A stretch of 64,000 nucleotides of DNA from a virus, in IMG/VR virus record IMGVR_UViG_3300030329_003696, positions 64,001 to 128,000 of that record, one strand, 5' to 3'. This document shows, one piece after another, positions 19,760 to 29,208 of the stretch. The position numbers and the translations under genes are program-made. The notes beneath the pieces were generated by a model. The model was given only the letters and a program-made list of their open reading frames with translations, made no database searches and was not told where the DNA came from. Every line of letters begins with the position of its first letter. Position 1 is the first letter of the stretch.

Positions 19760-20185
19760 CTACTCTTCATCTTTGTTTTTGGGAAAAAGTTTTTTAACTA
19801 TCTTGGGTATGGACTGCTTCATTTTTTTACCCTCCTCGGTGAGTTCGTAGTAAAAATTTCCATCTTCACCGACCAACTGGTCAATTAGCCCTTCCCCCAT
19901 TAGCTTTATTATCACTTCGGTAACGCTTTGCTCTAAGGCGTTATTGGACTTTTCTAAAAATGTTAAGATGTGTGGTTTCTCATTAAGGTCAAACTCTAAG
20001 ACATCATAAGCTACATCTATATTTTTTTTAGGTTGGTCTAGGTCTTCTAGTTTAACCGCATAGTTTAATGCTATATCTAAATCGTTAAAAGCACCAATCG
20101 GTTCTACTGAGTAGGAGTTTCCAAATAGCTTATCAATAGATATTTCCACGCAGACTAGAACGTAAATGGTTGAGGGTTTTGACAT
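19760..20185 (-). CDS. hypothetical protein
   Basis: operon packing; wHTH-like YYELTEEG. Confidence 0.65.
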   Translation of the reverse strand: MSKPSTIYVLVCVEISIDKLFGNSYSVEPIGAFNDLDIALNYAVKLEDLDQPKKNIDVAYDVLEFDLNEKPHILTFLEKSNNALEQSVTEVIIKLMGEGLIDQLVGEDGNFYYELTEEGKKMKQSIPKIVKKLFPKNKDEE

Positions 20186-20187
20186 CT

Positions 20188-20403
20188 TTAATCATCTCCG
20201 TATACGCCTCTAAGCCACTCTATAGTTTCTAGCCTATCATTAGCATCTACTAAATTGTTTAAGGACTCATTTAGGTTAGAAAGGAAGTCTGACGTTGAGT
20301 GATCGCCAATCCCGACTGCCTTTTCTAGTAATAAATCAAACGCTAGTAACGCTGCTTGCTGATCCGACTCCGCTTTTTTTTGTAGGTAGTTTAACGCCTT
20401 CAT
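20188..20403 (-). CDS. hypothetical protein
   Basis: AVGIGDH motif; operon packing. Confidence 0.65.
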   Translation of the reverse strand: MKALNYLQKKAESDQQAALLAFDLLLEKAVGIGDHSTSDFLSNLNESLNNLVDANDRLETIEWLRGVYGDD

Positions 20404-20639
20404 TTATATCTCCTGCTTGAATATCTATTTGGGTCAGCGAGACCGCTGTCTAACTTTTTCTTTTCGGTTATATAATAACCATTGTCATCTTGACATAATA
20501 CCTGATCTTCGGAGAGGGTTACATCTCGCCCTCCAATTTGCACTTCCGAATGATCTACTACCATTGAAGCGTGTGAACCAAACCAAGTGGGTGTAGTTAT
20601 ACTGCTTCCTGTTTGATGTCTCGTTCTGTTTCTTGCCAT
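20400..20639 (-). CDS. hypothetical protein
   Basis: start MARNR after GGAG. Confidence 0.65.
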   Translation of the reverse strand: MARNRTRHQTGSSITTPTWFGSHASMVVDHSEVQIGGRDVTLSEDQVLCQDDNGYYITEKKKLDSGLADPNRYSSRRYK

Positions 20640-20640
20640 T

Positions 20641-20955
20641 TTAATCTCCATAGGGCCAAATTTTGGCCAGTTCATCAGTTACACCTTGAATATGTACGAT
20701 CCAACGACCGTACTTCCCCGTCTTCTCTGTCCTAATTATTATCTTGCCCTCGTAAGGAAAGGATGCCGCAGCTTTGTTTAGCAGCTCTCTACATTTTTGG
20801 GTAGCAAGTAGGAAATCAGGTTGCCCTCGTTCAGGCGTGTCAACGCCAGCAAGCCTAGTCCGTATTTTCATACCAACACTGAAACCTAGATCAACATAAA
20901 AGTCAACCGTATCCCCATCAACTACTCTATCAACTATAGCTTTATATTCATACAT
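20641..20955 (-). CDS. thermonuclease (SNase-like)
   Basis: RVVDGDT, RLAGVDTPE, GKYGR. Confidence 0.88.
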   Translation of the reverse strand: MYEYKAIVDRVVDGDTVDFYVDLGFSVGMKIRTRLAGVDTPERGQPDFLLATQKCRELLNKAAASFPYEGKIIIRTEKTGKYGRWIVHIQGVTDELAKIWPYGD

Positions 20956-21239
20956 TAGAACATGATCCCATAATATAAGTATCCATTGTTACAAACTACA
21001 AGCATCATAGCTATGTCTAGGATACATAGAAACTCATTGGTTATTTTCTCTCTAAAATAGTACAATGCTGCACAAACAGCTATCTTTTGAACCCAAAGCC
21101 CATATGGTACTAGGAGCATGAAGATCGCTACCGGCCCAATCTCTTGATATATGGGCCATTTTGTTATTTCGTATGTAAATATATTATCTATTACACATAA
21201 AAAAACAAATAAGACCGACAGTACTATCCTAGCCGACAT
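20955..21239 (-). CDS. multi-TM membrane protein (DUF5658-like)
   Basis: hydrophobic; D..T...E.GP pattern. Confidence 0.55.
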   Translation of the reverse strand: MSARIVLSVLFVFLCVIDNIFTYEITKWPIYQEIGPVAIFMLLVPYGLWVQKIAVCAALYYFREKITNEFLCILDIAMMLVVCNNGYLYYGIMF

Positions 21240-21910
21240 TGAATTGCCTCCAACGTGTGTTTAAACGGTTCTCCCTCAATGCTCTCAACTAAATCCCACA
21301 TCGACTGTGCGATCTCTCTAATCTCTTTTTGTGCGTGTTCGCTATTTCTTAGCTTTATAAAGTTAGCAAAACTACGCATGTTAAACATAATGTCTGCCTG
21401 AATCTGGCTGTTGTAGGTCTTGAAGAAGCGGGCGGATTCCTTCGCCCTCTTTCTGCCCAATGTAGGTTCAATATCTTCCACGCACTGGTGATACAATAAA
21501 TTTCCTAGCTCTGTATATCTTCTTAAGATCGTAGTCCACTTTTGGTGCTTCTCCCCATTCCCGTCTATACGAAGGTTAGGATTGGAGTTTCTAATTTCAG
21601 TCCAGTCTTCAGGGAGGTAATACTTATCTTCTTTTAATTCTTTATAGCGGGCTGATTCAGCATTAAGAGAGCTAATCCTATGTTTAAGGAGATGGATATG
21701 AGAAGCAATCTCACAATCCACCAAGAAGTGCACAACACCCTTCTCAAAAGGAGTTTCGTGTCCTTCCCTCCACAACATGCTAATGAGCTTTCCAATTCTA
21801 CTTCTTTTTTCATTTGTTAAATCTCTTGATGTAGATGTCCATGCGGAGCAGGCGATAACTTCGTCTGATCCATAATATCCTAATAAATCCACCTTGTTAT
21901 TCAAAGTCAA
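21224..21910 (-). CDS. thyX: flavin-dependent thymidylate synthase
   Basis: GHETPFE, KHRISSLNAESARY, KLRNSEHAQKEIR. Confidence 0.93.
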   Translation of the reverse strand: MTLNNKVDLLGYYGSDEVIACSAWTSTSRDLTNEKRSRIGKLISMLWREGHETPFEKGVVHFLVDCEIASHIHLLKHRISSLNAESARYKELKEDKYYLPEDWTEIRNSNPNLRIDGNGEKHQKWTTILRRYTELGNLLYHQCVEDIEPTLGRKRAKESARFFKTYNSQIQADIMFNMRSFANFIKLRNSEHAQKEIREIAQSMWDLVESIEGEPFKHTLEAIQCRLG

Positions 21911-22325
21911 TCCTCATACAGTTTTCATGGTGAATAAATCCACAGGATTCATAGAATGGTATATTTTCTTTTGAGCAGTCTAGTATAGCTTTGTAACAAA
22001 ATCTTTCTTTACAGAAATCTATACATGCGTTGATAAGCCCTCTGCCCACACCAGATAGCCTTGATTTGCTGTCAACTACCACATCTTCAATATGTCCAAC
22101 CTTAGAACCGCAGTGAAGTAGTTTGTTCTCTATTAGAACCGTTGCTGTTCCTACTATGTTGTCGCTACCCTCAAAGACAAAGGTTTGGTGGTCGTCGTTA
22201 TCTTCGTATTTCAACCAAAATGTCATCGCGGTTTGCCATTTAATATGTTTGTTTTTTCCGCTGAGTTGGCAGAGCAACTCCATGTAATCATCATTAATAT
22301 CTAGTAACTCTAGACCTCTAATCAT
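21897..22325 (-). CDS. GNAT, glucosamine-6-phosphate N-acetyltransferase (GNA1-like)
   Basis: IENKLLH...GHIEDVVV...CYKAILDC...FYESCGF. Confidence 0.85.
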   Translation of the reverse strand: MIRGLELLDINDDYMELLCQLSGKNKHIKWQTAMTFWLKYEDNDDHQTFVFEGSDNIVGTATVLIENKLLHCGSKVGHIEDVVVDSKSRLSGVGRGLINACIDFCKERFCYKAILDCSKENIPFYESCGFIHHENCMRIDFE

Positions 22326-22758
22326 TCTTTACCTTTTCTAGCAGGGTGCTTGATGATTCGGTTTTACCTCCACCAATATTGTAGAAGGTTGTTATACCGT
22401 TTCTAGAACAATATTCTTCTTCGGGGGTGTTACCCGCAACTCTATCGCCTCCATTCATAAACACAAATGAGGTCACAAACGGGTCATCTCTATTCCAGTT
22501 GTAAATCCACTCTATACTCTTAACCACTGTTCCGTCATCGTCTTTAGCAATCAATCCCCTATCTACGGGTTTTAGTGCTTTCACGATTCTTAACCTACTC
22601 TCCTCGTCCATAAAACGCTCACTACCTTTAATGTCTACTTGTTTATCACTGTTTACTATAACATACAGTAGGTCACAAGCATTTTTTGCTCCCTCAATAT
22701 AATCTAAATGTCCTGTGTGGACGGGGTTAAAGTACCCCGATACAATTCCTACTATCAT
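22318..22758 (-). CDS. cytidylyltransferase-family nucleotidyltransferase
   Basis: GYFNPVHTGH, NGGDR, KTESSS. Confidence 0.88.
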   Translation of the reverse strand: MIVGIVSGYFNPVHTGHLDYIEGAKNACDLLYVIVNSDKQVDIKGSERFMDEESRLRIVKALKPVDRGLIAKDDDGTVVKSIEWIYNWNRDDPFVTSFVFMNGGDRVAGNTPEEEYCSRNGITTFYNIGGGKTESSSTLLEKVKND

Positions 22759-23240
22759 TCCGTTCTCCCGTAGTCGTCCTCTACCCTAACAATATCATCT
22801 TCCCGACAGTCACCAGTTTGCAGTTCTAAAATCACTAATGGTACGTCGCTCTCGTTCGTAATCCTGTGTACCTCAAGTTTGCCTATCTCAACTCTGTCCC
22901 CAGTCTCAACATCCCAAACAGCATTCCCGATCTGCATCTCACCTTTTCCAGAGAGTATGTGCCAAGTCTCCATTCGATTGCGATGTAGTTGTAGGCTAAG
23001 TCTCCGGTCGCGGTTTACAACAATCTTCTTGACCTTGTAGCCCTCTTCGTCTAATAGGTTTTCAAACGAACCCCAAGGTCTTGTCTCCCTCTTCTTGTCT
23101 CCAGAAAAACCACCCAGTCGAATGACATGATCTTCTTTGTCCACCTCCTCTGCAAAGAAAGATGTTTCTCCACAATGGTGACATTCATACGGAACCTTAT
23201 CCACTATTGCTTCACAGCAACTAAGTCTAAGTTGTCTCAA
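22755..23240 (-). CDS. mannose-6-phosphate isomerase type II cupin (ManC C-terminal-like)
   Basis: RPWGSF, LSLQLHRNRMETW, EDDIVRVEDDYGR; start uncertain (23240 or 23264). Confidence 0.85.
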   Translation of the reverse strand: MRQLRLSCCEAIVDKVPYECHHCGETSFFAEEVDKEDHVIRLGGFSGDKKRETRPWGSFENLLDEEGYKVKKIVVNRDRRLSLQLHRNRMETWHILSGKGEMQIGNAVWDVETGDRVEIGKLEVHRITNESDVPLVILELQTGDCREDDIVRVEDDYGRTE

Positions 23241-23848
23241 TTCCAATTCTCCTCTACGAACCATTCGCTAAAGTCTTTTTGTTTTAATACAACGCCCGAC
23301 TTACCACCCATATAATTTATCGGTTTAAACAGCGACTTTTCTTTAGCGTTATTGTAAAATTCTTTCACTCTTGGAGACCACATGATACCCCACTTGATTT
23401 GGTCTGCTTTCGACTCAATTAAACGTATGTGTCTCTCAAAGTCGTAGTCTTTAGGCTTACGCATGTCCGTACCACATCTCACAGAATTGTAGATGAAAAG
23501 AATACTTGCCTCTTCTTCTACATATGCTTTTAAATCATTTTCCTTTAGGGTGAACTTACCAGCCGTTGGAACCCATTTAATTTCTAGTGGTTCTTCAGTT
23601 AGTTTTGCATCTAGCCCGACACCTCTAACTGACCCGCTAATTTTATAGTCAGCACCGGCTGTATTCCCCTTTGCGATAAATTCTCCATCGTTACCGCAGC
23701 CATTGTCTGACCAGTCGGAAACATATATGCTTGAACTTTGTTCGAGAACATTAAGCCATTGGTGAAAAAAATATTTCTCTAGCTTCGTGCTGAACTTTAT
23801 GTCTTTCTTAAATGTGTTTACGGTTCTATTATCAAATCTACTTGGCAC
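23237..23848 (-). CDS. hypothetical protein, possible PD-(D/E)XK nuclease
   Basis: ADY...LEIK; GTG start after AGGAG. Confidence 0.55.
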   Translation of the reverse strand: MPSRFDNRTVNTFKKDIKFSTKLEKYFFHQWLNVLEQSSSIYVSDWSDNGCGNDGEFIAKGNTAGADYKISGSVRGVGLDAKLTEEPLEIKWVPTAGKFTLKENDLKAYVEEEASILFIYNSVRCGTDMRKPKDYDFERHIRLIESKADQIKWGIMWSPRVKEFYNNAKEKSLFKPINYMGGKSGVVLKQKDFSEWFVEENWN

Positions 23849-24053
23849 CAAACCACTCCTTAATTCTTTTCCATAGGGATTTCTTGCGTCTAGGCGGCTT
23901 CGCGTTAGCCTCAAACCTTCGACGGCGTAATTCCATTATACTACATCTTTCTATTTTGTCAAGAGTCTCTTTGTGTTTTTCTAGAAAAAACTTTTGTGAT
24001 CTGTAAAATCCGCTATCGGATAATCCTGAGTCTCCTCTTAAATTACTTTTCAT
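23838..24053 (-). CDS. hypothetical protein
   Basis: operon packing. Confidence 0.55.
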   Translation of the reverse strand: MKSNLRGDSGLSDSGFYRSQKFFLEKHKETLDKIERCSIMELRRRRFEANAKPPRRKKSLWKRIKEWFGAK

Positions 24054-24310
24054 TCTTCTGTTCCCATGACATATATTGGGGTGTGTTTGCCAATGTAAGA
24101 CGATATTGTGTTAAATTCAATCCATTCAAGAGCGTCGTTATAAGTCATGCCAGCTTCCACCATGCAGGCTTCCACCATGCTTGCGTAGCAGTATACAACT
24201 CTCTGAGAGTCGTGACCACAGGCAACGCCTATTATAGCATCGTCAAAACCATCGGCAAAGATTAATTCTTCTCCGTAAATATTTGAAAGTTTTTCTCTTA
24301 CACTAGACAT
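24050..24310 (-). CDS. conserved phage protein
   Basis: ADGFDDAIIG...ALEWIEFN...YIGKHTP. Confidence 0.75.
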   Translation of the reverse strand: MSSVREKLSNIYGEELIFADGFDDAIIGVACGHDSQRVVYCYASMVEACMVEAGMTYNDALEWIEFNTISSYIGKHTPIYVMGTEE

Positions 24311-25004
24311 AGTAACTATTTATTATGCTCCTTGTATCTTTCCAGCCATCGACTTGGTGGAATTTTTCTGACGCTCTTGAAATGGTGTAGTCGTTTCCTC
24401 CTTTGTGACACTTGTCTCCAAAGAAAATCGTCTCTCCTTTCATGTGTTGTAATACTTGGCTTTTGTCTTTCCCTTTGGGATATATATCTGTGCTAATTTC
24501 TCCACCTACATCGAACTGTAATCTTGGGTATCTAAGAGATAACCATTCTGCATTTTGTTCTCGCTCCTTAGTAAACTTGTCCCACAAGGCATATGCTTTT
24601 CGTTGTTTCTGTGTTGCCGTTCTACCAACCGTAGAGAAGTTTACCATTCCAATACGCTCCTCTATATTTTGCTCGGCCTTACCAAACCAAGGACTCCGCT
24701 CCGCTAGGATTAAAAGGTCAAGTCTTAGGTGTGCCGAGATAACCCATTTTGATTGATATATTAGCGAGTTGCGAATAAATAGCTGGTTTCCACAATTTTG
24801 GTATACTCCATTCATCAGTCTATATAGAGGCAATCCAACCTGTGATATTGTTTTGGGTTTGTCGGAGCCTGTAACTAGGAACACCTCGTCGCCGTTTGAT
24901 TGAACATCTAATACCCATTCCCCAAAAAACCTAGAAAACTCTGGATTAACTGGTTCTCTTGGGTTGGTTAGTGTTCCGTCTACATCAAACAGAAAATGTG
25001 TCAT
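24303..25004 (-). CDS. HAD-type (eukaryote-like) phosphomannomutase
   Basis: FDVDGTLT, VTGSD, EERIGMVNFS, GGEISTDIYPKG, FFGDK...GGND. Confidence 0.88.
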   Translation of the reverse strand: MTHFLFDVDGTLTNPREPVNPEFSRFFGEWVLDVQSNGDEVFLVTGSDKPKTISQVGLPLYRLMNGVYQNCGNQLFIRNSLIYQSKWVISAHLRLDLLILAERSPWFGKAEQNIEERIGMVNFSTVGRTATQKQRKAYALWDKFTKEREQNAEWLSLRYPRLQFDVGGEISTDIYPKGKDKSQVLQHMKGETIFFGDKCHKGGNDYTISRASEKFHQVDGWKDTRSIINSYYV

Positions 25005-25186
25005 AGCTTCTTGAATATCTCTACTAAAAAATCTATAAGTAGGGGTTGAAATAAAAAAATAGAAAGGATCACAACAGCAAAGATGAACCCGCCCCAGTCT
25101 GTCTCGTCTTGCTCTCTAACAGTTTCAAGCCAACGGTCGTAGTCCCTTTTGGGATCAGTCTTGGGGGGTTGATACGGGTTCTTCAT
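25001..25186 (-). CDS. small membrane protein with NPYQPP motif
   Basis: one TM helix. Confidence 0.65.
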   Translation of the reverse strand: MKNPYQPPKTDPKRDYDRWLETVREQDETDWGGFIFAVVILSIFLFQPLLIDFLVEIFKKL

Positions 25187-25445
25187 TTAACTTCTTGAAA
25201 TTGGCGGCAAACTCTTTGAACAATTTGACACCTTCTTCTCTGCTGGCCTGCCTTGCTATTGATTCCATTTCTCTTGGAGCCATCTCAACAAAACTTTCCA
25301 ACATCATGTGAATATCATTGATGTGCTGTTGTTGACCTACGAACGCCGACATTTGCCTGTCTGCCTTCTTTTCTAGTCTATATGACTCCCAGCACAACAC
25401 CCCGAGAAACAATAAGATTACGATGTTAAACTTATTCTCCTTCAT
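25155..25445 (-). CDS. membrane-anchored hypothetical protein
   Basis: N-terminal TM. Confidence 0.6.
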   Translation of the reverse strand: MKENKFNIVILLFLGVLCWESYRLEKKADRQMSAFVGQQQHINDIHMMLESFVEMAPREMESIARQASREEGVKLFKEFAANFKKLNEEPVSTPQD

Positions 25446-25560
25446 TTTTCTTTCTCCTTTTAATGACCTTATTTTCTTCGTGCGTGAGCAGGAGGAACAT
25501 AAGGGTAGCTACGATTAACTCGATGCTCCATGCCAACAGGCCAGCTATAATTGCGTCCAT

Positions 25561-25842
25561 TTACACAAACTTAAAAACTAGGTAGCCAACGATTACAGCG
25601 GCGATGATTAGGAATAACCATTTTCTTTTTGCCGCCACTGCGTATATTTTTTCTTTTAGTGCGTGTATTTTTTCAATTCGGTAATTTCGCTTGGCCTCAC
25701 GTTTTTTCCGTCTGTCCTCCCAGCGTTGACGGCGGGACTCAAGTCTTTCCTCTCGCTTGGTTTTTTCTTCAGGGGTTTCGTCCACTGGTGCAACCTCTAA
25801 GTCGTCACCACCTCGGATAAAATCTACTATCCAGTTAAACAT
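25561..25842 (-). CDS. hypothetical protein with C-terminal TM
   Basis: ORF composition. Confidence 0.6.
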   Translation of the reverse strand: MFNWIVDFIRGGDDLEVAPVDETPEEKTKREERLESRRQRWEDRRKKREAKRNYRIEKIHALKEKIYAVAAKRKWLFLIIAAVIVGYLVFKFV

Positions 25843-25850
25843 TAAATTAT

Positions 25851-26090
25851 CTATTTATTCTCCTTGTAATTTTGTTTGTTGTCTTCGTAGTATTGTTTAT
25901 TCTCTAGTACAGAAGTTGCCTCGTGTTCATGCTTAAAATAATGCTTGAATTGTTTGTATAGTGCTTTCACCTGCTCAAATGCTTCTTCTTCGCATATCTT
26001 GCCGCCTTGCTCCAAGTCACATATGATAGACATCTGTATATTAAAGGCTCTAAAGGGGTCATCGTACTTTTCAAATTTGAATTTACTCAT
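25851..26090 (-). CDS. hypothetical protein
   Basis: ICDLEQGGKI; coupled start. Confidence 0.65.
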   Translation of the reverse strand: MSKFKFEKYDDPFRAFNIQMSIICDLEQGGKICEEEAFEQVKALYKQFKHYFKHEHEATSVLENKQYYEDNKQNYKENK

Positions 26091-27322
26091 TATCTCCAGC
26101 CTTCACGCAACACTCTTAAAGCATTACCTCCTAAAAACTTAGCTATTACTTCGTCTGAATATTTTTGTTTTCCAAGCCCGCTTGTGAGACACTTAAGATA
26201 CTTCGTTATTCTCGGAATCTCTGACATATCTGTGATCTCGTCTGGTGGATCGGTGAAGCCATCAAAGTCCGTGCCGATGCCAACAATGTCTGAACCACCA
26301 ATCTTCATGGCGTGTTCTAAAGTTCTTTCAATATATTTAATCCCTAAAGGTGAGTCAACGGGACTAATCCAGTAGTTCATAAAGATAATACCTAGAACGC
26401 CTCCGTGTTGGCTAAACCATTCTAGCTCCCAGTCGTGTAGGTTGTACGGGTCTGGGTTTACCTCGAAAACTCCTGTATGACTGCTTATGACTCGGTTCTG
26501 CCTGTCCCCAACAATTTCGTAGACCTGCGACCTAGCCTTTGGTGTGCAGTGTGCGATGTCTATAATCATACTTAGTTCACACATACGCTCTACAACCTTC
26601 TTGCCTATCTCGGAAAGACCTACGTTCATATCCCAGTTAGCCATGAGCTTCTTCCAGTTGCCCCTTTTGATGCCATAGTTGGGGTACGGAAACACTGGGT
26701 GTGCGACGAGGTTGGGATAGAAGTGTGCAAGTGTCAGATACGCTACGCCTCTCTCAGCAAAATAGTCTAGGTGCTGTAATATTTCAGCTTCCTTCACTCT
26801 CATATCTGTTGAGGTTTCGCAATCAACACCCTGTAGACTATGACCCCCTTCAATAGAGTGAATCATAGCAATGTGATTGTTTTCAATACACTGTGTAAGT
26901 TCGTGATTGTTCTTAACTATACATACCGGCTTAGATTTTGAGAAATCTATTTTATTATTATATTCAGTTATATGCTTCTCCATGTCGTCAATCATGTTGA
27001 CGGTAGCATCAAAGTAAAAGGGATCAAAAACCCTTCTTCTTACACTCGGTGCTAGGGCTAGTGCCAGCTTCACTAAACTCTGGTCTTCGAGCCATTCCCT
27101 TTCTGGTATATAGCAAGTAGAGAGAATAATATCTACTCCACCCTTCTCCACTAGGGGAAATGTAGTACGCTGACTTAGAGGCCAGAACGCTCTTTTGAAC
27201 AGGCCAGCCAGAAACTTGGTTTTGCTGGCAGAGAGATCCCTGTCTAGTAAGAAACGCTTGAGTACAGCATGGTTGTGTAAGTCAACAACCGTAGAATTTT
27301 TATGTAAGTCTTGCCAATTCAT
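26090..27322 (-). CDS. membrane dipeptidase family (M19) metallopeptidase
   Basis: DLHNH, SIEGGH, IDIAH, SSHTG, GIGTDFDG, KFLGGNALRV. Confidence 0.88.
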   Translation of the reverse strand: MNWQDLHKNSTVVDLHNHAVLKRFLLDRDLSASKTKFLAGLFKRAFWPLSQRTTFPLVEKGGVDIILSTCYIPEREWLEDQSLVKLALALAPSVRRRVFDPFYFDATVNMIDDMEKHITEYNNKIDFSKSKPVCIVKNNHELTQCIENNHIAMIHSIEGGHSLQGVDCETSTDMRVKEAEILQHLDYFAERGVAYLTLAHFYPNLVAHPVFPYPNYGIKRGNWKKLMANWDMNVGLSEIGKKVVERMCELSMIIDIAHCTPKARSQVYEIVGDRQNRVISSHTGVFEVNPDPYNLHDWELEWFSQHGGVLGIIFMNYWISPVDSPLGIKYIERTLEHAMKIGGSDIVGIGTDFDGFTDPPDEITDMSEIPRITKYLKCLTSGLGKQKYSDEVIAKFLGGNALRVLREGWR

Positions 27323-27324
27323 TT

Positions 27325-27819
27325 TTAGTCACCTATATATTCGTGAGAGTAGCAGACACGAAGTGATAGCGACTCCTTGATCATATTGTTGTAATTCTTT
27401 TTTCTGTTAAGGTTGTCGGGTCTGGCTTTCCCGTTCTTGCTTGTGGGTCGCCAGATGTCCTTCCCGTTTCTATACTCTCCAAGTTTTATATTTGCGGTTT
27501 TTGAAAAGAACCGCTTATCTTCCGATCTTAAAATCTTACCGATACATTCTGACATTCTATTACCAATGCCCATTCCTTGATAGTCAGACAGAACAACCAG
27601 TCGATGTTCCCTCCAAGCGTTTTTTAATGAACCGCTAGGCATAGCAAGAACCGAGTTAAATGCAACAGGATTTTCCCAAAGGTAGGCAACCCAACAGCGA
27701 GCCGCTTTATTTAATGTCTCTCCTAAGTAGTGATGTTTCTTAAATAATGCCCAATACTTTTCCTTAAGTTCTTTTGGTACTTCGTATACTTCTAGCTCTA
27801 TGGCTGGTCTTTTAAACAT
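27325..27819 (-). CDS. GNAT acetyltransferase
   Basis: FKKHHYL, RLVVLSDYQGMGIG. Confidence 0.8.
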   Translation of the reverse strand: MFKRPAIELEVYEVPKELKEKYWALFKKHHYLGETLNKAARCWVAYLWENPVAFNSVLAMPSGSLKNAWREHRLVVLSDYQGMGIGNRMSECIGKILRSEDKRFFSKTANIKLGEYRNGKDIWRPTSKNGKARPDNLNRKKNYNNMIKESLSLRVCYSHEYIGD

Positions 27820-28439
27820 TAGAGTATCTCTATCCTCGCTACCTTTTTTAAGGAATCTCTTGGGTCGTCGTTTACAAATCGTTCGCCACTGTCGCAATCA
27901 AAAACCCAATCGGGTTCTATCCACTCAATTATATCTTTATGGCAGGAACATAAAACAACATTCTTAATACCCTTGCGTCTAATATATTTACTGAGTGCGA
28001 CCGACAAACTCTTTGCCGTTTCCCTGTTTACCTCTGAGGTAAATTCGTCTAGCATCATTCCATCTTGTAGTTTTCTAGCTACGGTGGCACGATACTTTTC
28101 ACCGTTACTAAGAACGTGGAAGGGTTTACATAGTGTAGGCACTGATGCCAACCCACACGCAAATAGTTTTTCAATAGCTTCGTCTGGTGTTTCAAAGTGT
28201 GAAACAACAGCCTTATCTCGTACCCAAGTGGTCTGTTTGTGAACTAAACCAAAGTGGTGACTTAAAATTTGACTTTTGCCAGAACCACTGGCTCCCACTA
28301 TCATCCCTATATTATAGGGTTCAGTCGGCTGGAGAAACTCCGGTATCTCCGTAGTAATTGTTCCGTCAAACTCTAGGTCGAACGCTTGAGCTACCTTTTC
28401 AGTAAACTCATCTGGCTGGATACTAATACTTAATTTCAT
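27819..28439 (-). CDS. ABC-type ATPase
   Basis: GASGSGKS, LSNGEKYR, LDEFTS, CSCHKD. Confidence 0.85.
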   Translation of the reverse strand: MKLSISIQPDEFTEKVAQAFDLEFDGTITTEIPEFLQPTEPYNIGMIVGASGSGKSQILSHHFGLVHKQTTWVRDKAVVSHFETPDEAIEKLFACGLASVPTLCKPFHVLSNGEKYRATVARKLQDGMMLDEFTSEVNRETAKSLSVALSKYIRRKGIKNVVLCSCHKDIIEWIEPDWVFDCDSGERFVNDDPRDSLKKVARIEIL

Positions 28440-28526
28440 GCTAATCTCCTAATTTCGGCTACTCTATTATAGTCTAGTATCGGTTAATTGTCAATAGGTT
28501 CTTTATAATTTTTCAAGTATTTTTTG

Positions 28527-28724
28527 TTAATTATCTTCTTCTAGGGACTCGCGTATAAGCTCGATCAGATCGTTCAACTCTTTGGGTGTTACTTCAATAC
28601 CTTGTTCGGCCATACTCTGTCGTATCATGGATGGGTTCTGTCGGTATTCGTCTACTGCATTTTGAAGTCTTTGGTGATTGTTACTAACAAACTCTAACCA
28701 AGTCTTTCTTATCCGTTCATCCAT
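28527..28724 (-). CDS. hypothetical protein
   Basis: ORF. Confidence 0.55.
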   Translation of the reverse strand: MDERIRKTWLEFVSNNHQRLQNAVDEYRQNPSMIRQSMAEQGIEVTPKELNDLIELIRESLEEDN

Positions 28725-29197
28725 TTGTCAGCCCCTTCTGGTAGGATACACTTTACTCCAAAAAAATGTTCCAACTGTTGGATCATCTTGTCTCGATATT
28801 CATCAAGCATGAAACTTGACTTCATTTGGTTAGCGTCAAATGATGCTAAACCGCAGTTCTCTATGTCGCTTGTTCCACCTTTACTCAGCGGTACTATGTG
28901 ATCTAACGAATACTGCTTTGAGTCCATCAGGTCTATCTTTTCTCCTGATAGGTAACAGTATGGATTTGCTTCCAGTTTATCTCTTAACTCTTTATTGGTA
29001 AACTTTTTCACAATCTTATCTCCAAATTCTTTTCTTTCTGCTTTTGACTGAGTTCTAGCGAAGTTACAGTGTTTTCTATGAATTACTCTTGCGATTGTTA
29101 GTTTATGATGCTTGGTGTCTGTCATTGACTTTCTATTAAAAGTTTTTGGCTTCTCGTACATAAATCTACTAACTTTTTTCATCAATACTTTATTCAT
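28709..29197 (-). CDS. HNH endonuclease
   Basis: CYLSG...LDHIVPLSKGG...NCG...ANQMK. Confidence 0.85.
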   Translation of the reverse strand: MNKVLMKKVSRFMYEKPKTFNRKSMTDTKHHKLTIARVIHRKHCNFARTQSKAERKEFGDKIVKKFTNKELRDKLEANPYCYLSGEKIDLMDSKQYSLDHIVPLSKGGTSDIENCGLASFDANQMKSSFMLDEYRDKMIQQLEHFFGVKCILPEGADKWMNG

Positions 29198-29208
29198 TTG
29201 TCAGCTCC

